Source of the DNA: Candidatus Methanomethylicaceae archaeon
Lineage (GTDB): Archaea; Thermoproteota; Methanomethylicia; Methanomethylicales; Methanomethylicaceae
NCBI GenBank assembly: GCA_026414165.1
Contig: JAOAJN010000003.1
Coordinates: forward strand, 68,172-132,171
DNA: 64,000 nucleotides
Reading direction: 5' to 3'
The notes under the pieces are model-generated. The model saw only the letters and a list, made by a program, of their open reading frames with translations, did not search any database and had not been told where the DNA came from. The stretch's first letter is position 1, and every line of letters starts with the position of its first letter. Position numbers and translations under genes: made by a program. Shown here in pieces: positions 1 to 8,877 of the stretch.

Positions 1-414
1 AAATATTTTTGCAACAACATCGGCAGTAAGTTTCAATCCACTTCCAACGCCAGGAAGGTTGTAAGAAACTACGACGCCGCCCATAGTTTCAGGTATATGT
101 AATACGGAATAGTTGGCTAGCTGCGCATCAGTAAGCGTGGCATCTGATCCAGCAAAATCGAAAGTCCTAGAGAAGAGGTTGCTTATACCTGCACCACTTC
201 CTACGGATTGATATGAGATTTGTACATGAGGGTATAGCTTGTTATACTCAGAGATCCATTTAGTAATCAGTGGATAAGGAAAAGATGCACCTCCGGCTGT
301 TATAGAAACCGGAACGACCTGCTGCGAATTTATAATGTAATATCCTATGCCCGCAGCGACTATAACGACGGCAATAATAGCCACCAAAGAAATTTGAGAT
401 ATTCCATTTCTCAT
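1..414 (-). CDS. pstS: Phosphate ABC transporter substrate-binding protein PstS, N-terminal 138 codons (3' end lies beyond the window start)
   Basis: The minus frame is open from the window edge to an ATG at 414-412. It translates as MRNGISQISLVAIIAVVIVAAG (membrane anchor), then GGASFPYPLITKWISEYNKLYPHVQISYQSVGSGAGI...FDFAGSDATLTDAQL, a typical PstS signature. It is absent from the ORF track because it runs off the edge. Confidence 0.8.
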   Translation of the reverse strand, partial: MRNGISQISLVAIIAVVIVAAGIGYYIINSQQVVPVSITAGGASFPYPLITKWISEYNKLYPHVQISYQSVGSGAGISNLFSRTFDFAGSDATLTDAQLANYSVLHIPETMGGVVVSYNLPGVGSGLKLTADVVAKIF

Positions 415-543
415 GAATTACACCAAAGCAAAAAAGCATAAAAGATCATATATATTATTTTTAAATAGTATATATTCCAGTATTTAATGTATATAGGGAT
501 AATGAAAATATGCTAGTATTTAACATGTATAGAGTTGAGGAAA

Positions 544-1548
544 ATGGTGGTTAGGCGTTTACAAAGAGTTGGGACATCTACATTTACTGTAGCACTCCCC
601 AAGGAATGGATAGAAGCTAGAGGGCTCGGAGCAAAATCTGAGGTCGACGTTCAAGTACTGGATGACGGAAATCTCCGGATATCAACGATCAATTCGGAAA
701 AAAGAAAGGAAAGGGAGATCCTAATAAAAGAAAAAGAAAAAGATGCAGGATTTCTAATCAGAAAGATAATGGCAGCATATATCGCAGGTTATGATATAAT
801 AAAATTAGACCTTTCTGAACTTGAGCCAGATTTTGAAGTAAGAGAAAAGTTACGGAAAATTATAAAAAATAAAATGGCTGGCGGAGAGATCGTAGACGAG
901 TCCATAAATAGCATAACTATACAAGTAATACTTAGACCTTATGAATATCCGTTGAACAAGATCTTGATAAGAATGACTTCAATGGTCCAAAATATGATTC
1001 TAGATATCTGTAAAGCCATTACATCAAAAAATAAAAATATTTTATTGGATATAATCGAGAGGGACGATGATGTAGATAAATTGTACTTTATGGGAAGCAG
1101 ATGGCTTTCAAGTATCATAGAGGATAAGCTTTCAGCCCTCGACTATGACATCAAATCAAGCAGAGAGGTGTTGGAGTACAGGATAATATTCAGACATGTA
1201 GAAAGGGTTGCGGATCATGTCTGCAAGATCGCGACAATACTATTAGATTTGATTGATAATATTGACAATAGTTCTGCAATTGTTATCAAAGAATTACTCG
1301 AAAAAGCGGGAGCCATTTTTGTTAAGGCGGTGAATTGCATCAAAAGCAATAATCTTTTAGATGCGAATAAAGTGATACATGATGCGAGATTAATAGTTAA
1401 ATCGGGCGAGGAGGCCTTAGATAAGCTTAGCATTAATTTTTCTAAAGAGAACCTTGGAACTGCAGCAGTCATATTGGATAGCATAAAAAGGATTGCTGAG
1501 TATGGCATAGGTATATCTGAAATAGTATTTAATATAGGCATAAATTAG
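544..1548 (+). CDS. phoU: PhoU-family phosphate uptake regulator with an N-terminal AbrB/SpoVT DNA-binding domain
   Basis: The N-terminus VVRRLQRVGTSTFTVALPKEWIEARGL is a SpoVT/AbrB fold motif. It is followed by two PhoU-like helical repeats (ERDDDVDKLY..., FRHVERVADHVCKIA, LDSIKRIAEYGIGISE). The gene is divergent from pstS. The ORF track starts at TTG 535, but ATG 544 preceded by GAGG is more likely. Confidence 0.8.
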   Translation: MVVRRLQRVGTSTFTVALPKEWIEARGLGAKSEVDVQVLDDGNLRISTINSEKRKEREILIKEKEKDAGFLIRKIMAAYIAGYDIIKLDLSELEPDFEVREKLRKIIKNKMAGGEIVDESINSITIQVILRPYEYPLNKILIRMTSMVQNMILDICKAITSKNKNILLDIIERDDDVDKLYFMGSRWLSSIIEDKLSALDYDIKSSREVLEYRIIFRHVERVADHVCKIATILLDLIDNIDNSSAIVIKELLEKAGAIFVKAVNCIKSNNLLDANKVIHDARLIVKSGEEALDKLSINFSKENLGTAAVILDSIKRIAEYGIGISEIVFNIGIN

Positions 1549-1552
1549 ACCT

Positions 1553-1873
1553 ATGAGAGAGGATGGTTTAAAAATAAGGATCAAAAATAATTTGACTGGG
1601 ATTAATATGCATTATGAAGACGATAAAATTCATAAAAATGAAAATAAGGGCTTCTTTATGCCCTTGCCCGCAGGGACTCCGTATTCAATATTAGCAGAGG
1701 CAACACATAGATTTAATGTAGAGCTCGCGGAGAAGCCCATAAAAGCACCTGTCCCTATTGAGGAAGGAGTGCTTCCAATGGCTTGGGTGCTGATCGGCGA
1801 TAGGGAGGAGTTGATGAAGGCAAAGGCATTCATATGTGAAAAATTGAAAGAGACTTTAAAGAAGTTTGAATAA
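1553..1873 (+). CDS. Hypothetical protein (106 aa)
   Basis: An ORF with normal composition, 4 nt after the phoU-like stop. I recognise no family. Confidence 0.4.
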   Translation: MREDGLKIRIKNNLTGINMHYEDDKIHKNENKGFFMPLPAGTPYSILAEATHRFNVELAEKPIKAPVPIEEGVLPMAWVLIGDREELMKAKAFICEKLKETLKKFE

Positions 1874-2047
1874 ATAATAATTTTTAAACGATAAACGCCA
1901 AAGGTTTTGCTAATTATAAGGTAAAGGTAAAAATTGTATGACTATTAAAATAGAAGTAAAGAAGATTCTTATAGACTTGAAACAGGTGGGGGGCGGCAGG
2001 GCAAAAAGCGGATATTTTACACGCTAAATCAGAGTGATTTTATTGTT

Positions 2048-2542
2048 TTAATTTTCATTTATTTTCCGAATTTCACTAAGGGAGGAGAGAAATTTTCTTA
2101 TTTTAGACACCATGATCCTTGCATCCTCTTCTGTGGAGGGATAAGGCACTTTAATGAAGGGTATGTTGCGCTGTTTAATGAGGTATAGGAGAAATTCGTT
2201 AGTCCTTCCACAGCTGGCACACCCAAAGAGTGCCTCTGGTTCCTCAACAATGATAGCAGCATCCGCCTCCTCAACAAGAGGGCCTATAAGTGCTAGCCTT
2301 CCTCTAACGCCTGAAGGGACCTCTATTGCAGCATATTTGAGACCTCTTCTTGGGAAGTCGGGGGTAATATTCATCGGTGGTGAGTCTATCTCAGGCCTGT
2401 TTACATTCTTTGCAACCTCTTCTCCCAGTCCCAAAGGAGTATGACCTTCTCTTTTAACCAAGTCAAAGAGAATTAGGCTGTTAGGTGGAAATATGAATAT
2501 TTTTGCCAATTTGACTTCACCTTTTTTCTCTTTCTCCCTCAA
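2048..2542 (-). CDS. mmp5: Methanogenesis marker protein 5 (Mmp5)
   Basis: KIFIFPPNSLILFDLVKREGH...EIDSPPMNITPDFPRRGLKYAAIEVPSGVRGRLALIGPLVEEADAAII...FGCASCGRTNE matches my memory of the Mmp5 family. A TTG at 2509 (MAKIFIF..., GGTGA 8 nt upstream) is a plausible alternative start that removes the overlap with mcrC. Confidence 0.75.
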   Translation of the reverse strand: MREKEKKGEVKLAKIFIFPPNSLILFDLVKREGHTPLGLGEEVAKNVNRPEIDSPPMNITPDFPRRGLKYAAIEVPSGVRGRLALIGPLVEEADAAIIVEEPEALFGCASCGRTNEFLLYLIKQRNIPFIKVPYPSTEEDARIMVSKIRKFLSSLSEIRKINEN

Positions 2543-3158
2543 ACTTGCTCAGCCAGAATTTTACCTTTATCACTATTTCGTTGAGTTTGTCACGTGGTGC
2601 GCTGACGCCCCTCACTACGCCTGTCACAATGTCAACAATGGTTCCTAGGCATTCAACCTTCTCTGGAGGGGGACGCACCAAGCGAGTGATGATCCCAACT
2701 TTAGCAAAATCCTCATAGTCCACAGGTGCTTCACAGACTATAATAGTGGGTATGTCAACATAGCGCAGGAAGGTTTTCGCTTTATAGACCACATGACCTC
2801 CTATGCCGCCCAGGTGGAAGAGGGCGAGCTTGTATCTCCTTATCTGGAGTACTTCCTTCTCGTTAATTCCAGCCATTGTTCCACCTGGCGCGCCCCCGTA
2901 TGGTGAGTCTGAAGGCACCCCTGATCCAGACTCAAGAACCAAGACGCTCGTCCTAATACCTTGCTCTCTTAGACCATAAGTTATTTCGCAGATGGGCTTT
3001 GTGATGTGTCTTTTGGACGGGGACATTGCAACTGCGACAACATCAAAGCGCTCCGACTCTGAGATCGTTCCACGCTGGGCTAGTCCACCACCCTCTCCTA
3101 TGCCCTGAGCTTCCCGGCAATCCACGATCTGCGAGCTCCTACCAATAGTTTCTTCCAA
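2517..3158 (-). CDS. mcrC: Methyl-coenzyme M reductase operon protein C (McrC)
   Basis: IGRSSQIVDCREAQGIGEGGGLAQRGT...AVAMSPSKRHITKPICEIT...HLGG...VCEAPVDYEDFAKVG...GTIVDIVTGVVRG is collinear with McrC as I remember it. It has a TTG start with GGAGA upstream. Confidence 0.9.
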   Translation of the reverse strand: MEETIGRSSQIVDCREAQGIGEGGGLAQRGTISESERFDVVAVAMSPSKRHITKPICEITYGLREQGIRTSVLVLESGSGVPSDSPYGGAPGGTMAGINEKEVLQIRRYKLALFHLGGIGGHVVYKAKTFLRYVDIPTIIVCEAPVDYEDFAKVGIITRLVRPPPEKVECLGTIVDIVTGVVRGVSAPRDKLNEIVIKVKFWLSKFEGEREKR

Positions 3159-3177
3159 GTAAATCTCCTCTGAACCT

Positions 3178-3495
3178 TTACACCTTTCCCCTTAGGTAGT
3201 CTTTCACAGTAGGTCTTGGTTTAGTGAAGCGCCCTATCCTAACGTCATAGCCATACGGCATAACCTGTTCACATAGAGGTCGGATCTTATCAATAACAGT
3301 TTCTGGCGAGTGTTCAGACAATAAAAGAATGAACCTTCCAACCATATATCCTCCTCCTGAGTAGTTGTGCTTTTGGAAGAGGACGTCTAAGATCATTCCG
3401 GTGTCCTTTAACAGTGTGGCGAAATCCTCAGCTTTTTTGCTTGGCATTAGCCGCCTGGGCAAGATCTCAATTTCAGGCTTGTCTTTGGCTTCCAA
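3178..3495 (-). CDS. mcrD: Short McrD-like protein (105 aa)
   Basis: The N-terminus PEIEILPRRLMPSKKAEDFATLL and the C-terminus VGRFILLL...IDKIRPLCEQVMPYGYDVRIGRFTKPRPTVKDYL resemble the conserved ends of McrD. The protein is about one third shorter than typical McrD. It lies directly upstream of mcrC. Confidence 0.6.
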   Translation of the reverse strand: MEAKDKPEIEILPRRLMPSKKAEDFATLLKDTGMILDVLFQKHNYSGGGYMVGRFILLLSEHSPETVIDKIRPLCEQVMPYGYDVRIGRFTKPRPTVKDYLRGKV

Positions 3496-3722
3496 AGCAG
3501 AACCCCTAGGCTATAATTAAGATCGAATAAATAAATAGTTGCTTGGGTGAAGGAGGGAAAAAAGTCCGTTTAAAAAGCGACATTTAAAATCAAAACATCA
3601 GATTTCAGTGAAAATAAAAGCGAGAAAGTAAAAAGGATGCAAGAGGCGGATACACAAAAATAGTTTAAGGTTCTATAAAGGTTAATTAAGAGAGCCTCCT
3701 TTGGGAAGGATGGGAAGAAGAA
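3496..3722. promoter_or_regulatory. Divergent promoter region between mcrD-mcrC-mmp5 and mmp3-6-17-7
   Basis: A 227-nt AT-rich spacer with TATA-like elements: CTATAATTAAG (3511-3521), close to the minus-strand TTG start, and TTCTATAAAGG (3671-3681), about 45-55 nt before the plus-strand start. Confidence 0.4.
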
Positions 3723-5243
3723 TTGAAGGTGATGGTTGACGGTACCGAAATGGAAGCACGGGAAGATGAAAATCTGGGAGATTTCTTGGATAGAGTTGGT
3801 ATAATCATCAAAGAGGGCTACATAGTTGCAGTCAAGAGAAAAATAGACGTGGAGAGTATACCTACAAACCTTTATGAAGTTCACACAACACGGGGTAAGA
3901 TGATAATAAGATGGGAGTGTGATGATGAGTTAGAAAAGTGGAGGCGAACCTACAAGAGCTTTGAGGGGTGCGGTGTAAGGTGGGCAACCATTGATGCGGT
4001 TGTTTTTGGACCTACAAAAACGGAATTTGTTCCTTCCAAAGAAGAGGTGGAGTTACGAAGGTATGAAATTACGGTTAGTCTCTCAGGTTCCAGTAATGAG
4101 AGTTCGCACCTTGTATTCAGCAAGAGGACGCATAGTGCTCTCTACTTCCCGCCTAAAGGTTGTAGAGTCTTAGGGCGCGTAGTTTATGGTAGGCACCTGC
4201 TCGATGTCTTTAGAATAGGAGACAAGATAGTTAAGATTTCGCCAGTCTTTGAGAAAAAGTTTGATCCTAGATCCCTATTGCGCGTCGAAAAAGATTACAA
4301 GTTAAAAGAAGGCGACATGATATTTACAAAAATGGAGATATTGCTAGACACCCGTTCTCCTGTTTGTGTAGAACACGTATATAACATGCTCAGCGAAGGT
4401 TTTACGGTCACAAGAAAGACGAGTCGGTTTATTGCACATGATAAAGCCAGACTAATCTCCATAAAAAGCGAGGTTGTGGGAGAAAGGGACAGAGGGGTTA
4501 TTTCTGTAAGAAGTTCCGGAAACAATACTGGTTCAGTGTATATCTATCTTCAGAAGGCGGCAATTTCAAAAGATCATACTATCGCGGGGCGGGTTGTCAA
4601 CGGCATAGAGCTTGCCGATGTTGCCAGAGAAGGAGACTTAATACGAACAGTCCTCACCCCAGAGAGGCTGGATCTTCTCGGGAGGAGCCAAGGAGAAGTA
4701 AACAAGGTTTTGGAGAGGATTGGAATCAAGCATGTCAGGGAAGGTTATATCGATGATGATGGGATCGTAGTAGACCACTCACCAGCCACCACGATTGAGA
4801 TCTATAAGCAGGGGATCGTCAGGTGCACAGGTCTCCCCCACGATCAGATCTTGAAGGTTCGGTTATATGAAAATAGTGCGCCCATATCTGTAAAATACTT
4901 CAGGAGAGTTGCTGGCTTAGACCTAAGACGTGTTGGAAGGCTCGACGTATTCTTTTCAACAAAAGATGTGGTTCTATTCAAAGGTGACGAGAGTTTTGGA
5001 AAATCTTTGATGCCAGAGAATATTCCCAATGAAAAAGTCGGCGCAGGAGAAATAGGAGTTACAAATTCTGTCAAGAAATTCGCCGGAATGGTTGGGATAA
5101 GGTTGACGGAAAGTGATAAGTTTGGTCCGACGGCAGAAAGCTTTGACGGGACCAACATTGTTGGCAGAGTTTTGGAAAATATCGCTTTATTGAAAGGTCT
5201 ACGTGAGGGGAGAAGGGTCTACATTATGGAGGGGAGTCAATGA
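3723..5243 (+). CDS. mmp3: Methanogenesis marker protein 3 (Mmp3, UPF0288 family)
   Basis: A ~500-aa protein whose size, position and general sequence character fit Mmp3/UPF0288. It is the first gene of a tightly coupled mmp operon. The start is uncertain (TTG 3723, GTG 3729 or ATG 3732). Confidence 0.75.
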   Translation: MKVMVDGTEMEAREDENLGDFLDRVGIIIKEGYIVAVKRKIDVESIPTNLYEVHTTRGKMIIRWECDDELEKWRRTYKSFEGCGVRWATIDAVVFGPTKTEFVPSKEEVELRRYEITVSLSGSSNESSHLVFSKRTHSALYFPPKGCRVLGRVVYGRHLLDVFRIGDKIVKISPVFEKKFDPRSLLRVEKDYKLKEGDMIFTKMEILLDTRSPVCVEHVYNMLSEGFTVTRKTSRFIAHDKARLISIKSEVVGERDRGVISVRSSGNNTGSVYIYLQKAAISKDHTIAGRVVNGIELADVAREGDLIRTVLTPERLDLLGRSQGEVNKVLERIGIKHVREGYIDDDGIVVDHSPATTIEIYKQGIVRCTGLPHDQILKVRLYENSAPISVKYFRRVAGLDLRRVGRLDVFFSTKDVVLFKGDESFGKSLMPENIPNEKVGAGEIGVTNSVKKFAGMVGIRLTESDKFGPTAESFDGTNIVGRVLENIALLKGLREGRRVYIMEGSQ

Positions 5244-5659
5244 TAAAGACATTTGTGGTGATGCTCTCGCCAGACTCAAATTTGACGCCTTCCATGCTTA
5301 TGGAAAAGGTAGCGTCGATAGGTGGAGTAGATTACAAAGAGACTTGTTATGGGTTGCTAATAGAGGGTGAAGAGGAAAATTTGGAGAGAGCAATGAAGGC
5401 ATTGAGGGAGATGGATCCAAACAGAATATTCTTCAAGGTGAGGGGTTATAGGATTGGAGATGAGAGGATATGCCGGGCTAAGAGGGGAGGAGGACCAAGA
5501 CCAGGATATTTTATGTTGGGGGCGGAGAGGAAGGTCCTAAAGAATGTATCGAAGGCACTTGAGGCAGGGGGCATATTTGAGGTAAAAGAGAGAGAGCCCA
5601 AGAAGAAGTTGGATGTTTCAAGGTTGAAGAAGATAGTGGAGGAGGAAGGAGACAGCTAA
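5240..5659 (+). CDS. mmp6: Methanogenesis marker protein 6 (Mmp6)
   Basis: 139 aa, with an ATGA overlap onto mmp3. The KETCYGLLIEGEEE...DPNRIFF segment and the size fit Mmp6 as I remember it. Confidence 0.65.
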   Translation: MIKTFVVMLSPDSNLTPSMLMEKVASIGGVDYKETCYGLLIEGEEENLERAMKALREMDPNRIFFKVRGYRIGDERICRAKRGGGPRPGYFMLGAERKVLKNVSKALEAGGIFEVKEREPKKKLDVSRLKKIVEEEGDS

Positions 5660-5660
5660 T

Positions 5661-6212
5661 ATGAAGATAGCAGTAGTCTCTTCGGACATTAGAGGAGGGG
5701 AGATGTACAGACATATTATTGAGAGGAATGTGGAGGATATGGCGCTTGGAAGTAGCGTAACAGGGTTTGCAGTCATGATAAAGCCGGAGATCCCGCTCTT
5801 TGTAATCAAGGTCAGGTATAAGGAGCGTGAGAGCAAGAATAAGTTAGGGGAGCTGGCAAGGATTGAACCGAGATCTGGTAGCACAAGGGTCATCTTGGAG
5901 GATGAAATAGACTTGGGGGACGCGCTCAAAACTTTGTGGAGCACTTACGGAAGAGACAAAGTTGAGCAGTCTGGAAGGACGGAGATAGTGGTGAGGGGTG
6001 TAGAGCCAGAGAGTTTGAGGGAGCTCAGAATAAGGAAGGAGAGGGTCAGCGTGTCGGAGAAGATTAACGAGCTCGTGAATAGGGTCATACCTGAGGGGTT
6101 CAGAATTCGGTATGTGATAAGGGAAGGAGACTTGCTGACGGTCATCGCTGCAGAAGACCCAATCAAAGATGAGTGGAAGAAAATGGCGGCCGATTTGGTG
6201 GTGAACGATTAA
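5661..6212 (+). CDS. mmp17: Methanogenesis marker protein 17 (Mmp17), tentative
   Basis: 183 aa, starting 1 nt after the mmp6 stop and sitting between mmp6 and mmp7. The assignment rests on size and conserved cluster position rather than on a remembered motif. Confidence 0.55.
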   Translation: MKIAVVSSDIRGGEMYRHIIERNVEDMALGSSVTGFAVMIKPEIPLFVIKVRYKERESKNKLGELARIEPRSGSTRVILEDEIDLGDALKTLWSTYGRDKVEQSGRTEIVVRGVEPESLRELRIRKERVSVSEKINELVNRVIPEGFRIRYVIREGDLLTVIAAEDPIKDEWKKMAADLVVND

Positions 6213-7120
6213 TGTTAAAGTACGTCATCTTTGAAGGTGGGATGTATAAGCACGAACTTCTACTGGAGTTTGTAGACGATGTTGGAGGTTTTGTGATTCA
6301 AAAAACCGTGATCGGGCTGGACCTGATAATGAATTTGGCAGTCCCAGAGGAGGAGGTTGAGAGGTTACAAGAACTAGTTCAGGAGGTCAAGGGTAAGCTA
6401 AGAGATGCTCCGCTAATAGGGACAGAAGTTGCAGTTGTGGCACCTACGCTGTCAAGGCATCACCTTCCGCACCCAGCTTGCGATATAGCAGAGAACTTGA
6501 GAAGGCATGGTGCAAAGACCAACATAATGGGACTAGCTAGGGGGGTGGGGCAGAAGATAGTACATACATCAATACAGGAAAGGCAGCTTATAGAGGAACA
6601 CGACTTGGCAGTTTTTACGCTTGGTAACTTTGAGCATTGTTTGAGGAGGTTCAAGCCAAAGTTGTTCAAGGACCTATCCATACCAGTTATAGTAACGGGC
6701 GGACCACTTGAGCTAGAAGTGGAGGGGGCGAACGGTTATGTCGGAGGAATAGGAAGGTACCCGGAGAGGGCGAGGACTATGGATATGATAGAGAGATTGA
6801 GGAAAGTCTCAGAGCTCGCAGGCAAACTGATCGAGGAAAGACGAAGGGAGATGGATTTAGATCCATTAATTATAGAGCCCGCACTGGTGAAGAGTGAGGT
6901 TGAGAGACAAGTACCAGAGGTTTTGGACGCGCTCTCGCCAACCCCTGTGACTTTGAAGGTTGACGGTGTTAGGATAAAGTTGCCATATGATGAGTATAAA
7001 GAAAAAGTTGCCTCCGTGGTTGTTGAAGGAAAAAAGCTTAATGAAGTTTCCCGCATAACAAGATCTCAGATGAGGGATTATATACTTGTTAAGATCCTTT
7101 CTGAGTCTTATTTCTCCTGA
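6212..7120 (+). CDS. mmp7: Methanogenesis marker protein 7 (Mmp7)
   Basis: MLKYVIFEGGMYKHELLLEFVDDVGGFVIQK resembles the Mmp7 N-terminus. The ATG at 6212 overlaps the mmp17 TAA (TAATG). The ORF-track start at 6173 is probably an artefactual extension. Confidence 0.7.
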   Translation: MLKYVIFEGGMYKHELLLEFVDDVGGFVIQKTVIGLDLIMNLAVPEEEVERLQELVQEVKGKLRDAPLIGTEVAVVAPTLSRHHLPHPACDIAENLRRHGAKTNIMGLARGVGQKIVHTSIQERQLIEEHDLAVFTLGNFEHCLRRFKPKLFKDLSIPVIVTGGPLELEVEGANGYVGGIGRYPERARTMDMIERLRKVSELAGKLIEERRREMDLDPLIIEPALVKSEVERQVPEVLDALSPTPVTLKVDGVRIKLPYDEYKEKVASVVVEGKKLNEVSRITRSQMRDYILVKILSESYFS

Positions 7121-7194
7121 GTTTTTGCGTTGTGATGAAATAATTTATAGAGCAGAGTTTTGAGATATTGTGATTTCAGTAAAGCTCCATTCTG
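7121..7194 (+). promoter_or_regulatory. Possible internal promoter for the A2-like / RACo-like / orf184 sub-operon
   Basis: This is the only sizeable gap in the plus-strand cluster. It contains TAATTTATAG (7141-7150) about 45-55 nt upstream of the next start. Confidence 0.35.
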
Positions 7195-8877
7195 GTGATA
7201 CTATTGTTGCTTCTGTGTGATCGGATTAGCAAGAGCTTTTCAGGGTTTAAGGTGCTCGACTCTGTCTCTTTCCAAATCAATAGGTGTGAGATCGTGGGAA
7301 TTTTGGGGGAGAGTGGGGCTGGCAAAACAACATTATTGAGAATTCTGAGGGGTGTTGAGGGGTTCGACAGTGGGAGGATAGTCTTCGAGGATCTTGAAGT
7401 CAATGCAGAATCCCCAAAGGAGTCTTTTCTGGAGCTTCAAAGGAGGACGGCGATACAGCTCCAGAGAACCTTTGGTCTGTGGCCAGATTCTGTTGTGGAC
7501 AACGTGGTGAGGGCACTTGTTTACCAAGATCTCGGGGATGAGGTAGTTCCACAGGACGAAGGGGAATATGAAGAGTACAGGGCAAGGGCAATGGAAGTCT
7601 TAAAGGTTGTGGGACTAGATGGTAGGGCAGATCTTTGGTCTGGAGTCCTCAGTGGTGGTGAGAAACAGAGGTTGATTGTGGCAAGGCAAATAGCCAGAAG
7701 ACCGAAACTCCTGCTGCTTGACGAGCCAGGAACCATGACGGATTTCCAGAGTAGAGCAGCATTGATTGATGCTCTGAAGAGGGCGAGGGACGAGTACCAG
7801 ATGAGCGTCCTCTTCGTTTCACATAATCCAGCCATTCATAAATCCTTGGCAGACAGGGTCATACTCCTAGAGAAGGGAAAAGTCTCAATGGAGGGGGGAG
7901 CCAGAAACGTTGTAGAAAGCTTTCTCTCCAGACTCGAAGAGCCCCTACGTAAGACAAAGATCCCTGGAGAGGATGTTCTCAGAACTGAAAAAACAAGCAA
8001 GGTGTACAAACTTGTTCCATATGGCAAGGTCTTCGAGTTAACTGAGACTACACTAAGTTTTAGATCAGGAGAGATTACGGGCATTGTGGGACCCTCTGGT
8101 GCGGGTAAGACAGTTATAATGAGGATGTTGGCAGGTCTAGAGTTGCCGGACTCTGGAGAGGTCAAGATCTTTTACAGGGGGGAATGGGTACCGCTCGGGA
8201 AGTTTGGTAGGAAGAGTCTCAGAGCAAGGCGGAGGATAGGGATACTCCATCAGGAGTTCGATCTCCCCTATTGGTCAAGTGTGCTGGAGCTTTTTGCTGC
8301 GCGTCTCGGAATAAAGGACTATAGATCGCTTGAGGAGGCGGTCCGCAGGGCCGAGAGGAAAGGGATCAGCGATGCAGTTGTTGATGTTTTAGGAAGGCTT
8401 GCTGAATTGCCAGAAGGGGAGATGGAGATAAAACTCAAAGAGGCAGGGCTAGATAAGAGTCTCCTGAAGGAGATCTTCAAAGAAAAAGATCCTGAGATGG
8501 CAAGGGAGCTGGCCGTGAAGATCCTTGGATGGTTTGGTATAAGCGATGACGTCCTCAACAAAAAGACTCACCAACTCTCTGGCGGGGAAAAGATCAGGAT
8601 AGCATTGGCACTTTCCCTAGTATCAAATCCCAAAGTCTTGATATTAGACGAACCCTTTGGAGACCTAGACCCCTTAACCCTCAGGAGAGTTGCAAACCTC
8701 CTAAAGATGATAAAGGTCTGGTTCAAGCCAGCTATAATACTGGTTAGTCATCAGTTGGAATTTGTGGAGGAAGTTGCCGACAGATGCATATTGATCAGGG
8801 AAGGTAAGGTTATAATGGATGGGGAGCCCAAAGATGTTATAAATGGGTTCTTGGGTGAGGGGGAGCATGGAGTTTGA
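7195..8877 (+). CDS. A2-like double ABC ATPase (paralogue of MCR component A2, lacking the zinc-ribbon insert)
   Basis: It has two ABC cassettes: GESGAGKTT...LSGGEKQR...LLLDEP and GPSGAGKTV...LSGGEKIR...LILDEP. It shares the A2-type segment TAIQLQRTFGLWP with atwA at 23131 (compare [13 protein letters not shown]). The start is uncertain (GTG 7195 or TTG 7204/7207). Confidence 0.75.
   Translation: MILLLLLCDRISKSFSGFKVLDSVSFQINRCEIVGILGESGAGKTTLLRILRGVEGFDSGRIVFEDLEVNAESPKESFLELQRRTAIQLQRTFGLWPDSVVDNVVRALVYQDLGDEVVPQDEGEYEEYRARAMEVLKVVGLDGRADLWSGVLSGGEKQRLIVARQIARRPKLLLLDEPGTMTDFQSRAALIDALKRARDEYQMSVLFVSHNPAIHKSLADRVILLEKGKVSMEGGARNVVESFLSRLEEPLRKTKIPGEDVLRTEKTSKVYKLVPYGKVFELTETTLSFRSGEITGIVGPSGAGKTVIMRMLAGLELPDSGEVKIFYRGEWVPLGKFGRKSLRARRRIGILHQEFDLPYWSSVLELFAARLGIKDYRSLEEAVRRAERKGISDAVVDVLGRLAELPEGEMEIKLKEAGLDKSLLKEIFKEKDPEMARELAVKILGWFGISDDVLNKKTHQLSGGEKIRIALALSLVSNPKVLILDEPFGDLDPLTLRRVANLLKMIKVWFKPAIILVSHQLEFVEEVADRCILIREGKVIMDGEPKDVINGFLGEGEHGV

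Noticed and set aside
1938-2027. A 29-codon ORF (MTIKIEVKKILIDLKQVGGGRAKSGYFTR) containing a G-run (GGTGGGGGGCGGCAGGG) in the spacer between the 106-aa ORF and mmp5.
   Set aside because: It has only a weak ribosome-binding site, no recognisable family, and is too short to support from sequence alone. G-quadruplex potential is marginal.
3514-3690. A direct repeat of TAATTAAG (3514-3521 and 3683-3690) next to both TATA-like elements of the divergent MCR-accessory promoter. A related TTAATTA lies in the mcr promoter (31424-31436).
   Set aside because: An 8-mer made only of A and T in very AT-rich spacers is expected by chance. A similar string also occurs in the thi promoter. This is not enough to call a shared operator.
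3570-3884. A 104-aa minus-strand ORF spanning the divergent mcrD/mmp3 promoter and the mmp3 start.
   Set aside because: Its composition is F/L/C-rich and low-complexity. It overlaps a promoter and the 5' end of a well-supported gene.
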